DNA of 64,000 nt from the human T2T-CHM13v2.0 reference genome, Homo sapiens. The notes below the pieces were generated by a model. That model had not been told where the DNA came from. It searched no databases and saw nothing but the letters and a program-made list of their open reading frames with translations. Below, piece by piece: positions 26,401-39,930 of this stretch. The translations under genes were made by a program, and so were the position numbers. The stretch's first letter is position 1. Each line of letters begins with the position of its first letter. The DNA lies in the NCBI RefSeq assembly GCF_009914755.1, contig NC_060935.1; one strand, written 5' to 3'.

Positions 26401-29164
26401 GTCATGACAAGCTGAGGCACGGGGTACCCAGGAGATAAAGAGTGGCGTCGCTGCACCCCAGCCTATAGGTGGGCCCTACTGCTCAGCCTCAGGACCCTCA
26501 ACCAGCTCTGGGCGGCCAGGACTCAGCCTCGAACACACCTTTCAGGCAGAAGCTGTCTTCCTAGGTTGAATGGGGCACAAGAGAGTCCCTGCCAGCCTCA
26601 AACTCCCTGAGCCTGTGTCTCCCACCCAGAACCATATGACAGGGCTTCTGAGAGAAAGGTGGGAAGTAGAGACTGTAGGCCTGCATGGGCAGTTGGGGAG
26701 CACCCCCATGACAAGAGGAGCCCTGTACCCCAAGAGCCAGGATGAGTTCCTGGGATTCTGACCCACTCACTATCCTCTGCTCACCAAGGGTCACTGGCAC
26801 GACAGTGGGTGGGGACGGTGCCATGCCTGTGTGCATCCCTGTGCCTTGCGTGTGGTAACCTGCCATCTAGAATGCCCTTGTCACCCATCTGCAGCCACCA
26901 GATTTCCATTCATCTTTCCAACGTCTGCTCAGTAAACCCCCCAGGACACACTTAGGCTGTACGGCTGTGTCCTCCTTTGGCTCTCAAAGCCCTCAGTACC
27001 AGTTCCCTAAGCCTTTCGAATGGTGCCAGGAGGGAGAAGGGCATGTATAGCCCTCTTGGTCTCTTCCTCCCCAGAACCCCCAAAGCCCCAGGCATGGAGA
27101 AGCCCTAGGATTGCTGCTCACTCAACCCTGCCTAAGATGAAGCAAGGACTGCAGACACATTGTGCCAGTGCTGAGGCACAGGGCTAGGGGCCTGAGGATC
27201 TGCGGCTCTGAACTTGGGGGCTGTGTGCAGGTGTGGCCTGGGTGAGCTTCTCCAAGCAACCCTGGGAGGCTGAAATCATTTTTGTGAAATCCTCCCTCAC
27301 ACTGCATCCCCAACTGCCAAGCCAGCCAGGACTGGCCTGGAATTCACACGTCTGCCCCATTGGTTGCACATGGATACCTGAGATAGACGGCCCAAGAGGA
27401 CAGGCCCATAAGCCCTGCAGCCTATGGCTCTGCCCAGCCCAGTCATGTGGTTTCTCTGAAGGGCCCCTGTCTCTTCTGTTTTGGCATCTTAGATGGGCAA
27501 GCCCCAGCTCGAGGTTAACAGATACCGCCCTCAGTCCCACTCTCCAGAGGGACACTCAGGGAGCACCCGGCCCATTGAGATGGGCATGGGGGAGGACCAG
27601 GACCCCCGAGGCTGGGCAGAGGGGGTGGAAAGAAGGCAGAGGGAAAGCTGCAGAGACCCCCACCAGGTGACTGTGAGCACCTCCCTGGCAAGCATGTGCT
27701 TGCCTGGCCTCTTGTGACATGACAGCTTCGCAAATCCTTGAGCAAAAACAGCCCCGTGTGCGTTAATTAGAATTTCCATGTCTTCAACTTTCTCCTGGAC
27801 CCTGCAGAATCTCACGCCAAGACATTCGAGTTGCTCTTTTCCAGCAAGGCCGCTGTGGCCTGGCTTTCATCCACATCACTACTAATGTCTCCTGAATTCT
27901 GCATTTGTCAGCAAGGACAGGGCCAGTCTGTGCTGTCTGGAAATAAGGGCAAACGTCACAAGGGTGGCCCCAAATTTGGCTTCATGGACCAAGGGGCTAG
28001 CTCTTTTGATGGGACCAGCTTGGCCTGGGACATTTTGGAGACATCCAGGTCCACTGTGACCTACTCCCACAGACCCCAGGGTACCAGGCACTGCAGCTCT
28101 GTGAGTGTCTAAGCTCCTCACCATATTTCTCTCCCTGTAAACTTTGGTGGGAAAGGACAGAAAGGACATTCTGGGAACCAGTGTCCAGAAGGATGAGTGA
28201 GGGGCTTGTCAAGAACAGATGAGACCATTTTGTCTTTCTAGACCAGTGTCCTGTCTTCTGCAAAGCTCCAGACCACCTCTGTCTGCACGAGATGCCAAGG
28301 AAGCCCTCTGGGGGCCCGCCCGGGAGGGCTGTACAGGGCTGCATGAGTCATAGGATCCCCGTCAGAGCCCCACATAGCCCCAGCCAGGCTCAAACCCGTC
28401 TCTGAAATGCACGGGGGGATTAAATGTTCTTCTAATTAAATTAAAACCGAGGCGTAATGGCTCAGTGGGAAAGAGATGGGATTGGGAATCAGATGCCCTC
28501 AATCTGGCTTCCAGCCTGCCATCAGCCCAGCTGTGGCGGCCCCCCGTGGCCCCCTAACCTTTCCAAACTTCACTTCCTCCGTCTGAGCACGTGAGGAAGA
28601 AGCGGCTGGCCTAGGGCTGCTGCTATGGGGAGAGGGCCGCACTGTCTAGGTGGATGGCCCAGAAGAAAGCAGTGAGGCTTCTCATTTCCTCTGCAAGGGA
28701 AAGGCCATCCAAATCACCCTGCCCCAGTGCACTCTGGCCAGGCTCAGCCCTCTCCACTTGTGAACTCCCAGCCATGATGCTGCTCAGGTCCTCAGCCAAG
28801 CAGATGGTGTTGGAGGATGTGACAGAGAGAACATTCACGCCACAGAGGTGGCTGGAGGGCAAAGGACTTCACAACTGCACTGATATTGTCATGGAGACAC
28901 TTCTGGCAGTTGGGGCAGGGGGTCGGGGCGGGGTTGGGCGGGGGGCACATCCCATATAGATCTCTTGTGTGCTCTGCTGATACCTGAAAGGGGAGATTGA
29001 ACTGCAGAGCCTCTGGAGGCTGAAGCACGGAGGTGACCTAGTCAGGAAGTCTGGAAGCCGTGTCCCCTTAAGTGAGGGAGTGGGATGGGGCTGGGCCTAG
29101 CGGCCCTGAAGGCCAGGGCTATCCACCTAATTAGGCTCACCTGGGCTACCCTGGTATAGGGTGG

Positions 29165-30860
29165 TGGTGTTAAACTTTTAGTTAAAGGGTAATGTGCATG
29201 CACACAGATTAGTACACAGGTCTCAAGTGCGCAGCTTGAGGCATCTTCAGTCCCTGGGACCCATGTGTGCAGCACCCGGAGGAAGCAACAGAACCCCCAG
29301 AAAGCCTCTCAGGCTCCCATTTCCTGTCACTGACCTTGAGATTAACCACAGGCCTAACTGCTAGCAGCAAGGACCAGCTTTGCCCACATTTGAACTTTAT
29401 GCGGTGGGAATGATGCAACTCATACACCTTTGTGTCCAATGTCCCTCACTCAATTTGATGTCTGGCAGCCTCTCTATGGGGCTGAAGGGAGAGTGCTCCC
29501 TCATGCTCCTTGCTGACTGGTGCTCCATTGTGTGCATGGCCTACATCATTCATCCATTCTACCACCTGTGGCCAGCAGGCAGTTTCTGGTGTAGGTTGCT
29601 GTTTAAGAATATTCTGTACATGCTTTTGGTGAGCATCAGGTTGCGTTTCTGGGGAATATATGCCTATGTGTGGAGCTGCAGGGTCCTGGGTGGGCATATG
29701 TTTACTCTTAGTGAATACTACCCAGCAGTCTACCAAAGGAGTCATTCCAATTTTCATTCCCACAGGCAGCATTCTGGCTGCTCCACATCCTAACACTTGG
29801 CATTTTCCGTCGTTTCCTTTTCAGCCATGATGGTGAATGTCTAGCAGCATCAAATGGTGATTTTAATTTGCAGTAACCTGTTGACTAATGAAGTTGAGTC
29901 CCTTTCCATGTTATCATTTAGTCAGATACATCATTCTGTATAAATTGCCTACATCTTCTGCCTGTTTTATGTTTATTTATGGTCCTATATATCTTTAGAT
30001 ATTCTGGAGTCATTTGTCAGAGAGAGAGATACACACACTCACACTCTCTCACAGACACACACATTGCAAATATCGCCTCCCCCTCTGCAGGCTGCCTTCT
30101 TCCTCTCTTGATGGTGTCTTTTGATGAACAGAAGGTCTTAATTTTCATGTGGTCCAGTTAATCAAACATTTCCTCTCTGGATAGGGCTGTTTGTGTCCTA
30201 TTTAAGAAACTTTGACTACTCCAAGGTCATAAAGATATTCTGGTTTATTCTAAAGCTTTATTAGCTCACCTTTCCCATGTAGATCTGCACTCCATCTGGG
30301 ATTGATTTTTGTGTCCAATGTGAGGCCGAGGTCAAGGTCCACTCTTCCCCTACTTGGATATCCAGTCTAGCTCAGCACCCGGCATGGGAAGGCCCGTCCT
30401 CTCCCCACTACCCTGCCGTATCAGTGTCTTTACAATCAGCTCACTGGCTACGTGTGGCTCTGTTTCTGGACCCTATTGGGTGCCACTGGTCAGATTCAAG
30501 TTGTTCTTTGTGGCCAGGACCTTGCTTCCTTCTCACTGTAGTTTGCTAACAGGTTTTGACAGCTGGTCCTGCTGGCTCTGGCTGCTTCTCCTTCCCCATC
30601 ACTGGCTTTGCTGTCTTTGCAGGGTTTCTCCTCACCATACATATGCCAGTTGCCATGGAAAGCCTCCTCTAGGCGCAGCAGCCTCTAGATGGGCATGGGA
30701 GAATGGGTATCCTTATAGTTTTGGGGCTCCTGAAACATGGCATCATGTGTCCCTTGTTTATTTAGGTTGACTTTCATATCTTTTACCTTGCCCTGTAGTT
30801 TTCAGTGTGGTGGTCATGAACAGCTTGTCAGATTCATTCCTTGTCAGCTAATGGTTTGAT
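29165..30860 (-). mobile_element. L1ME-type 3' fragment
   Basis: ccaattttcattcccacaggcagc...ggtgtcttttgatgaacagaaggtcttaatttt; ORF 29446..29796 has a decayed ORF2 C-terminus (DPAAPHIGIYSPE). Confidence 0.7.
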
Positions 30861-30899
30861 GTATGTTCGCTGAATCCAGGGACAAGGTCTGTCAGGGAG

Positions 30900-31090
30900 C
30901 CCTGGCCAGCTTGGGTCATTTCATCCTGCCCACAGGACACTGGGGCAGTCACCTAATCTCTATCAGCCTCAGTTTCCTCTTGTATACATTGGGAGTATAT
31001 CTCACAGTATTAGTGTAAGGCCTTGAGGAGATGGTGTTAGGCATCCAGCCACATACCTGACTCGGGGAAATGCCTGAAAATATTAGCCAG
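30900..31090 (+). mobile_element. MIR
   Basis: ggggcagtcacctaatctctatcagcctcagtttcctcttgtatacattggga (MIR core). Confidence 0.7.
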
Positions 31091-34000
31091 CATAGAATGT
31101 CTCTTTGTGATGGGAGATCCTGTGGGGACATTCCTTATTTGGCCTGAGAGCTTTTGAGACTGCCAGGTCATGAGTTACCATGGGATACAAATGGGGTCAC
31201 AACATATGGCTGTCAGCTGCTGTCCTTAATAAGATGTGCCTAGAGGCCTGAGAGTCCCAAGCTCCAGGACAGTCTGGAGTCAGGTGGAGGGAAGGGAAGT
31301 CTAGAGGTCCCCAAGTCACAACCTCAAATCTCGGAATGGGGTTCAGGAGCTGTTGGGGTCCCGTGGAGGTACAGGCGGAAACCTAGCACTCACTATTCTG
31401 CTCTGGGGAGGGGGTTGGAGGCAGAATCAGTGGACTGTGTCTCATGGCAGTCACAGGTGCCCCAGTATGCATCTGTCATTTGTTCTTATCACTGTCGGGC
31501 CCATCTGCCAAGGCAAGCACCCACATTAAAGCAGAGTGAAGAGCAGGGCGAGCTGTGTAGCTCACCTGCCTTTGACCCTGCACGTGACGGGCGAGGGAAG
31601 AGGACCATGGTAACTTGTCTCTAGGCAACCCATAGGTGCCCAATGGAGAGATAATCTCAAATATGGTAGCAGAGTTCAGACTCAGTGGCTTTCAGATGGT
31701 TAGTATAGGCTGAAATTCCAAGAGCATTAACCAGACACCTACTATGTGTATTTCTTGTGTTGGGGTTAGGAGATACTGCTGTTGGCTGAGACACACAGCC
31801 CACATCCTTGGTAGGTCCCTCAGAGAGCATCTAGTGGGCCTGTCCTCCCAGCTCACAGAAGGGGAAATTGAAGCCTCAAGAAGGATAGGGACTTGCCAGT
31901 ATCACTGGGAGATAGGAGCAGAAGCCAGGGCTCATTCCCAGACACACAATCTCTGGGGGAGCCTGGATATGCATGGCAGAGGCCAGGATGAACCCTGAAG
32001 ATTGGTAGGAAGGCAGTGTAGCAGTAACAAGACAAAGGGATTCTGTGGCCCATGGAGCAGGAGGGAACAGTCTGCAGATATTATCTGGGCACTGGCCAGT
32101 GGCTCTTGTGGCTGCCCTCTGCAATAAGAATTCTTCAAGTTCAGCCTCTATGTGCATCATAAACCTGGTGCCACCAGCCAAGGAGGTCAAAGGTCCTCAC
32201 TGGCCAGTGGGCCACTGGGAAGCCTCCTGGATTGCCTGGACAAGGCTGACCTGCCCTCCCAGGATGCAAATTGGCAGGCCCAGCTTCATGCCTTCTTATG
32301 GTGCCCCAGAGCCCCTGGCTAGGCATTCATGCTTTAGATATGTGGGCCCTGTTAGGGACAATGTAGGTGTCCTGGGCAGGGGCTGTATCTGAGGCACACA
32401 TCCTTGGTAGTGACTGGCTAGCAGGAGGAAGTCTGGCAGTTAGTCTGTCAGGCCTGGTTGGTCCCATGGGAGGCCTGAGGTGCCATCTTAGAAATAGGGC
32501 CTTGTTAGGAGAAAAGGAAAGAAAAATAAAAGGTAGAGAGACAGAGGTAGACAGGAGTCCAGGTCTGACCTCAAAATCCGATGTCCCCACCATCCCCAGC
32601 CCCTTAGCCTCTGATCTTCTCCATAAGTAATCTTTTCCCATGTGTGGCTGCAGCCTCAGAGGCTCCCTCTGAAGATGACACTGGGAATATCCTGAAAAAG
32701 GTACAGGAACACCTGGCATGCCTCTCCCAGGGTACTCTGGATGTGCACCCAGAGATTCTCCCACTTTAGCAGGCAGAAGAGCAACCCAGCAGGGGATATA
32801 CACAAAGATCTGAGAAAGGGATTATTTTTAGGGCCAATTCAAGGGATTTTTCAAAGGTTAATTTTGACTCTGCCTGACTTATCTCCTAAGTCTTTGGCAC
32901 TGAGCATTTATACAAGATCAGACTGCACTGCACCCTAAGTATAAACCTTGCCACAGCAGTGTCCTGTGGTGCCCTGCTGGGGAAACTGAGGCAGAGAGCG
33001 GGGTGACTTTGCAAGGCAATAGAGGGTACTTGGGAAGTAGGGTGGTAGGCAAGGCTTTTCAGAGAACAAGGAGCTACATACACATACATGCATGCACATA
33101 ATCATTCTGACCCAGTCAGGGTTCTTCCCCCAAATAAATCCCTGCAACCCCACTGTGGTTATAGGTCTGAGCCTTCTGCCCCAGGGAGCCAAGCCCTGGA
33201 GAGGAGGTGGGCAGCACCAGGCAGCCAGCCTGTGGGCCCCGCTATGCTTCCTCAGGCAGCTAGTCTCTGTATCTGGGGTAGAAAGAGTGGGCTAAAAAGT
33301 CAGCTAGCACCCCTGACTTCAAGTCCTCGAGTGTATGTTGGGCTTGTCTCCCTACCCTGGCCCGGTCTGCACTCAAGCCCAGTATCCTCCCCTGGTCCCT
33401 GGTCTGGACTGAGCAGCTGTCTTCTGCCCACAGGGGACCTTTCTTCTCCCACCTAATCCTCCCTCTTTGGGCCTTTCAAAGTTGGGCTTGTTTTTCAGTG
33501 TTTTCTTTAGGTTCATGTCCTGATTTGTTAAGTTAAATTGAATTCCTTCCAGTCCAAAATACTCAAATGCTTTTTTCTGCTTTTCTTTTTGAACTGCCCC
33601 ACGAACCCCACCAGCTGGGTGTGTGGGCTCCAGGTGGGAGCTCAAGGGGGCCTGGTGTGGTGGGTGCAGAAGCAGTGTGGTGGGGCAGCCTTCACAGGCT
33701 GATATGATTGAGCTCAGGCTGGTATGGGTTAGGGGATGAGAGTACAGAACAGTCCACCCCAGGGGCTCTGAAGAGCTTCAATTGAGATATCCTTCCCTAA
33801 GGTCCCCACATTCCATGGCAGTGCCTAGGAGCTCTGTGCTCCCAGGCCTCTCCATTACCAGCCTGTCTTCCACATTGGAAGGTGGCCTTATCAAACCACA
33901 TGGCCTGAATTTTGATTGGGAAAGCATCCCTGTAGGTGTCAGGTGATGGAAGGACTCTGGGTAAATGGAAGCACTGAGACCAGATATGATAGGACCTTGC

Positions 34001-36153
34001 CCAGTGGACACAGCCAGCTGATGGCAGAGCCAAGGCCAGATGTCAGGTTCCAGACTCCAAGTTCTATGCTTTTTTGCTGGTCCAGCATGGCCTGTCTCCT
34101 CCCCGCAACAGATCCAACCAGTCCCCTTCAGAAGGGCTGGACCAAGTGACCCCAACTCTGGGTTCTGCCTGGGCATTTTCTTGAGTGTCATACCCTAGCC
34201 ACCTGACTGTCAGGGGAGCAGTATGTGGCACTTGAGGCCTTGGGCTGGCCATGCAGGCCCACCACAGGTGGCAAGGAATCATGAACCCCAGCTGAGTCCC
34301 CTGCAGGCCTTGCCTAAAGGAGAAGCCAGTGAATCAATGTGTTACTTGAACAAATATAGGGTCTAGGGCTGGCCAAAAGGGACAGTGAAGTTGGCTTCTC
34401 AGGCCACAGTAGGCCTTCACGGTACTCAGCAGGAGACCCCAGCAGGCAGCATCAGGGCAGGGGTGCTGACCATCCCTGACCCAAGCACGAGGATCAGAAT
34501 GGGCCCTGGAGCCAAGGCCAAAAGCCGAACTGTGACTAGGCAAGCTGAGTCCCCTGTAGATTCTGGGGACTGGGTGATGCAGACTGCAAAGCCTCAGCCA
34601 CCTTCTCCCCTAGAAGAAATCTTGAGAGAAACAATCCCACAGGCTACCAGGCCAGCTTTTGGAAACAGTCTCATTAGCAAACAAAGGGAAGTGACAGAGC
34701 AGAGATCCCCTTGGCCTTTGTTTAGCCCACCTTCTGCCTAGGCACCAGGCCTGGAGGTTCCAACTTGGTGTTGGGCCTCCTTGAGCCGGAACACCTGAAA
34801 AGCCATACAGACTCCTGCTCATCACAACCACTTGTTGATGCTGACAGCCTGTAGAAAGATTGCTCTCAGCCTATCCCCTCCCTGGCCATGCAGGTGGAAG
34901 ACCCTATTACTTGGGCTAAAGAGAAGCTAAACGTGACCAGCCTACCCACCTTGCTACTGCTGATGACCACCCTGACTCATGTCCCTTGTCTGCATAGGTG
35001 TTTTCCTATAAATGTTTAATTCCTGAGGTTGCTGAATCTCAGGGCTTGGAAGGCCCAGACTGGACAGGGGAAGGGGTACAGTCCCTTCTTGCTGGTATGT
35101 TGGGAAGCTCTGGTGCAAAGGGCAGTGATGGCCCTTCAATCCCAGGCCCACAAGCACCACAGCCAGGAGAGTCAAGGTTGGATATGAAGAGGGACTTCCT
35201 GAAAGCAGGCACAGGAAGGGATGGGAGCTCAGCTCACCGGGTGCTAGACAAGGGAGTGTGTCTCTTTCCCCATGAGTGACAGCAGCCACAAGGGGATGCC
35301 CAGCATTGGGGGTGGGGTGGGGGGAGGGCCCTCCGTGCTTTCTGGCTCTTTGGGCCTGGGGTGCAGCCCCTCATTTGTACTTGCTGGCTGCCCCATGGGG
35401 GCTTGGGCTAGGTCTCCCTGCCGGTGGGGAGGGAGGTGTGGAAGCTGGTTTGCCGGGGCCACCCAGTGTGGGCTCAGGAAGGGAAGGAATGTGACCAAGG
35501 CTGGGTGTGGCTGGGGAGAGCACAGCCAGTTGTGGGTTTTTCTTGGGGCCCAGATAGATGTGAGCAGAGCTGGAGGCCCCTCTCTCCCAGCCCCCGGCAC
35601 ACACACTAGGACCTTTCTTCATCATGCAGCCGTAGAGCTGGAGGCCAAGGACACCCTCTGGAAATCTGAATTCCATTCGCTCTTGGCAAAGAGCAGCTTC
35701 CTGCTTAGGGAAGGTGCATGCGTGCGTGTGTGTGTGCGCGCCCGCGCGCACACGACCACAGAGGCTGGGGGGAGGCACGTGGGGAGGAGGGCTGCCTGTC
35801 GAGATGTGTAAGATGGCCCCAGTGTTACTAGGCACTAGATGGCACTTGCAAAGCCCATTCGGAGGATTTAGACAAATACCTCGAGTGAGTGAATCTGAAG
35901 CATGCTAGTTGTGTTGCCTTTTAAATAGGCTCTGGCTTAAAACAGTCACAGCGAAACATGCCTTTGAATTGGAAAGCCAGAACTTTTTGCAAAATAATTT
36001 GAAAAGTTTGTTGAACCTTAAACCTTTCCTGATGACTCCTTCCTTCTGAACTTAACTCGTTAAAGTTGCTCCAATCCCAGCCCAGTGCCAGACCAGCTTC
36101 CTGGAAACTCTCGCCAACTGCTGGCCTTTGGAAAGGCTTGTCACCCTAATAGC

Positions 36154-36155
<2 letters not shown>

Positions 36156-36189
<34 letters not shown>
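36156..36189. repeat. T6-A28 homopolymer
   Basis: Seen directly; A run at 36162-36189. Confidence 0.95.
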
Positions 36190-36192
<3 letters not shown>

Positions 36193-38399
36193 CACTGGGC
36201 ACCTTGGCTGCAGGGTCTGAAAAGTCCTTTGTGTTAGCTCCAGCTGCAGAGTTTTTCCAGGCCTCGCTTCTGGGGCTGACTGGAGCTGTTTCTCTTCGTT
36301 TCCTCTTACAGTGGCGGGCACTCAGCCGGCTTCTTCCCGCCTGACTTCTCTGCCAGAGCCCAGGTGGGGGACGGGGATGCCAAGGGCAGAGCCCCTGGAG
36401 AGGCTAGTGTGGGCATGTCCTGAGTGGACAGACCTGAAGGTGGGTTCACTAGCCTCTTTCTCCCATCCTTCACCCTATTAGAGGTAGTGCTCTAGCGGGG
36501 AAAGATTAGGGCCCCTCTAGGTCAATATTGTGTCATTTCCCCAGAATAGCCAGGGCCAAACCAGCTCCCAAGCAGTACTGTTTCAGAAGTGAAGATAACT
36601 CACCTCTCCCAAAAGCAGAGTTTTGGCAATATAAAACATGAAAGTGGGATGGGATCTAAGTCATATTTTTTTAATGAGTTTAAAACACGTGTGTGCATTA
36701 GAAAACATTTAAACACAGATATTGGGCAAATTAATTGAAAAATATATTGTCATTTTGCGTTAAAATAAAAGATGATCTGAAAATGGAAAAAAGTTACATA
36801 AAAACGTAAATATTTCATGAGACATAGCAGTCACAACATGCCATACACATTTCTTCCAGAATCACTCCACTGGAAATTCTGTAATAAGACATACGTAACA
36901 GTTTCACTTCCTAGGAGATCCCAATTGCTCCTCAGATAGGGTGGAGAGCACCCCTTATTAGAGGGTGGTTGGGCTCTCTAGGAGCCCGCCCAGGGCCTGC
37001 CCTGACTCTGGCTCTGCCTTTCCCTGTCAAAAACCTCTTTGTGCTGGAGCAGCCCCTGCTCCACAGAGTGACATGAACCAGAGACTCACAGCACTGTGTG
37101 CGGGGAGCTGCTGCCCGCAGGGCATACCAGCCACGTGCATGCAGGGCTGCACACTGCCCTACCGTGCATCCACTGCCTGGCCAACACCTGCCTTCTGGGG
37201 AGCCAATCGTGCTTTATGTATTCAAGGGTTGTGCTACAAAAATCATACAACAGTCTTTACACACATGGTAAAACCAATTCAGAGTACAAAAGGGGTGAAA
37301 AATAACACTCTCCCCACCCAACCCTAATTCCCAAGTTTCCTTCCCTAAAGGTTACCACTCAACACTTTCCTATTGCATCTTTCCAGACGTATTTTATATA
37401 AACAAATATACGTGTGTCTGTGTGTGCATGTACTTAGTAGATACGGCTCCTTTTTATACAAATGGTAGCATACTGTATGTATTTTTCTACACTTTGCCTT
37501 TGACTTCTTCCATAGGTATGCCATACTTCTTTTTGAGCTGTACATACAATGCTGATTTATTATGGTGCAGTACATCTGAGAAGCATTTTTATTGCAAAAT
37601 GTGTGTTTACATGTATACAGACACACGTGTGAACAGGTGATGGCTCTGAACAGTGTAGTTGAAGTGCTGTTTTCTCATGGTTGGGCTTCCAGTATAATTG
37701 GAAGGAGCATAGTCTCTGTGTTCAGCTAGAGATTTAGCCCAATGGGCTGGGCTTTTCCCAGATAGGACATGCTCACTGTTCTGCTCAGATTGTTAGCTGT
37801 AGTCTTTCTGGCATCAGTTCCATTTCTGGTGAACACTTGGACTTGGCAAAAGGCATAGAGGTAGTGGTACAGGAAAGGTCTAAGAAGGCTAAGGACCATC
37901 ATACTGGGTATTCAACAGCCAGCTCTCCAAAGAGGCCTCTAAGAAATGGGTAGCTTCACAGATTCACAGATAGATAGTTCATTAAGGTCTTGAGTATTTC
38001 CAAGGGAGCACTAACTGGACTACAGCCTGGCAGGAGATAACCAAGTCATATGCATAGTGGCTTTGGGTACGATGGTCTGCTGTATGAAGCAACCCTAGGA
38101 CATTTGAAGAGAATGGAGTGATGGCCAGTGTATTGTGCTGGGATCTACCACAGGGGTCATGTTGTAATGACACCTGTCAGCTTTGACTGGGGAGCCCTTT
38201 CATTTCTTAGTAAGTGTTCAGCCCCAGTGTGCACCACTTAAAAGGAAGACACTGGTATGTTCTGGAGATGGATCTGTATTAAGACATCTAGCAAATCTCC
38301 TTTTCATTAACAGCTGCAGAGTTTCATTGTGCCATGATTTATGGAACAGATCCTCTGTTGATGGATATGTAGGGCAGCTAAAAAACAGCAGCCATTAAC

Positions 38400-38990
38400 C
38401 ATTCAAATATATTCACTACTGAAATGACCACTTATGAAATTAGTTTCCCTGAAACATCCCTCCCTATTGAACACTGTTGTTTCTCCCTATCCATCTTATC
38501 CCTACTTGTATCTCTGCTGACTGACCTCTTTGGCTGTCTCTTGTCAACCAAAGACAATATAAAGCACACACAAAGTAAAGAGGAACTTATAAAGAGGAAC
38601 TGTAAATCTTGTCAAAATAGGAGATTTCATCAAGTTAAAGAAAATGATGTCAAATGATTTCTCAAATAGAGACTGGGCAGAGTAGACCAGTTAGTTAATC
38701 AGTTGAAGAGGAAACCAAGATCGATGCCTAGATAAGCATTTCAGAGGACAGCAGGGGAGATGATAATTGATGCAGGTGGCCTCTTGGTCAAGCAGTGAAA
38801 CCATGCCATACTTCTACAAAAAATGATCCTCTCTGTGGAAGTGCTGCCAACATCCTCTGCCAAGTATAAAAGATGCCCTCAGATGTTACCATATAATGCT
38901 TTACAAAAGACAAACCAAAATCCCCTCTGGATTTGTTTTTTTCTAAAACGTGTACATAATTGTAACTCTAACAACTGTTATTGCATATGA
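38400..38990. mobile_element. Possible Tigger-type DNA transposon relic
   Basis: ggagatttcatcaagttaaagaaaatgatgtcaaatg and aaaaatgatcctctctgtg resemble decayed Tigger internal sequence; recognised by eye only. Confidence 0.35.
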
Positions 38991-39119
38991 GATAAAATAA
39001 TATTTTAACTACTGTTATTTTTCAAATTAACTTCCCAATCAAATATCTCTATTGTAAAATTTTGGTCTCCGTTTTCAGTGGATTTACTTTAAGAGATCCT
39101 CCCTTTCCCCCCATTTCCA

Positions 39120-39930
39120 GCAGGATTAAAATGTTCATTTATGTTGTGATAGATACTGCCAAATAAGGGCTGTACCATTTACATCACTTTGACTGCACAA
39201 ATGCACTTTCTTCCCCCACCCTTACCAAGTGTATACTCAGGTTTTTATCTTCATTCATTTCATAGATGAGAAATGGTACACTGGAGCTTTAATTTACATT
39301 TCTTTTGTTGGAAATGAGGTTTTTATCTTTCCAAATGCTTAAAATCATTTGTTTTTTCTTTCTTGTGAACTATTTCTTCATACCCTTTGGACTTTGTAAA
39401 ATACCTTGTCTTACTGATTTGTAGAAACTTGCTTTGTCATATTCATTGAAAATATTTTATCCTCATTTTCCTTAGGTGTTTTGGCTTTTTCTATAATATT
39501 TTTCTGGTGGCAGAATTTTTTTAATTTCACATAGTCAGCTGTGTCAGTCTTTTATGGTTTGAGGTCCTTATCTTAAATTCTGAAATAACCTCTCATCCTG
39601 AAATTGTTTTAATAAATTCTTCCATGTTTTCTTCTATCATTTTTTATTTCATTTTTTACATTTAAATCCTTGCTTTATCGGGATTTTGACAGAGTAATTA
39701 AATCCAATTTGGTTTCCCATATATTTGTCCAGTTGTCCAACACTATTTATTTGAGTACATCATCATCTCTCTACTAATTTCAACTGCTACCTTTATCATA
39801 TTTCAAACTCTCATTTAATTTGTGTCCATTTCTAGACTCTATTCTGGACTGCTGATGGGCCTGTTGATAGGCCAGAGCTCAGTTATTTTAATTATGTAAC
39901 TTTATGATGCACTTATCTGTGTAGCAGGAC
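39120..39930 (-). mobile_element. L1ME-type fragment (related pieces at ~37250-37620)
   Basis: agatactgccaaat...ccatttacatc...ttaatttacatttcttttg...tttttcttttcttgtgaactatttcttcata. Confidence 0.6.
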
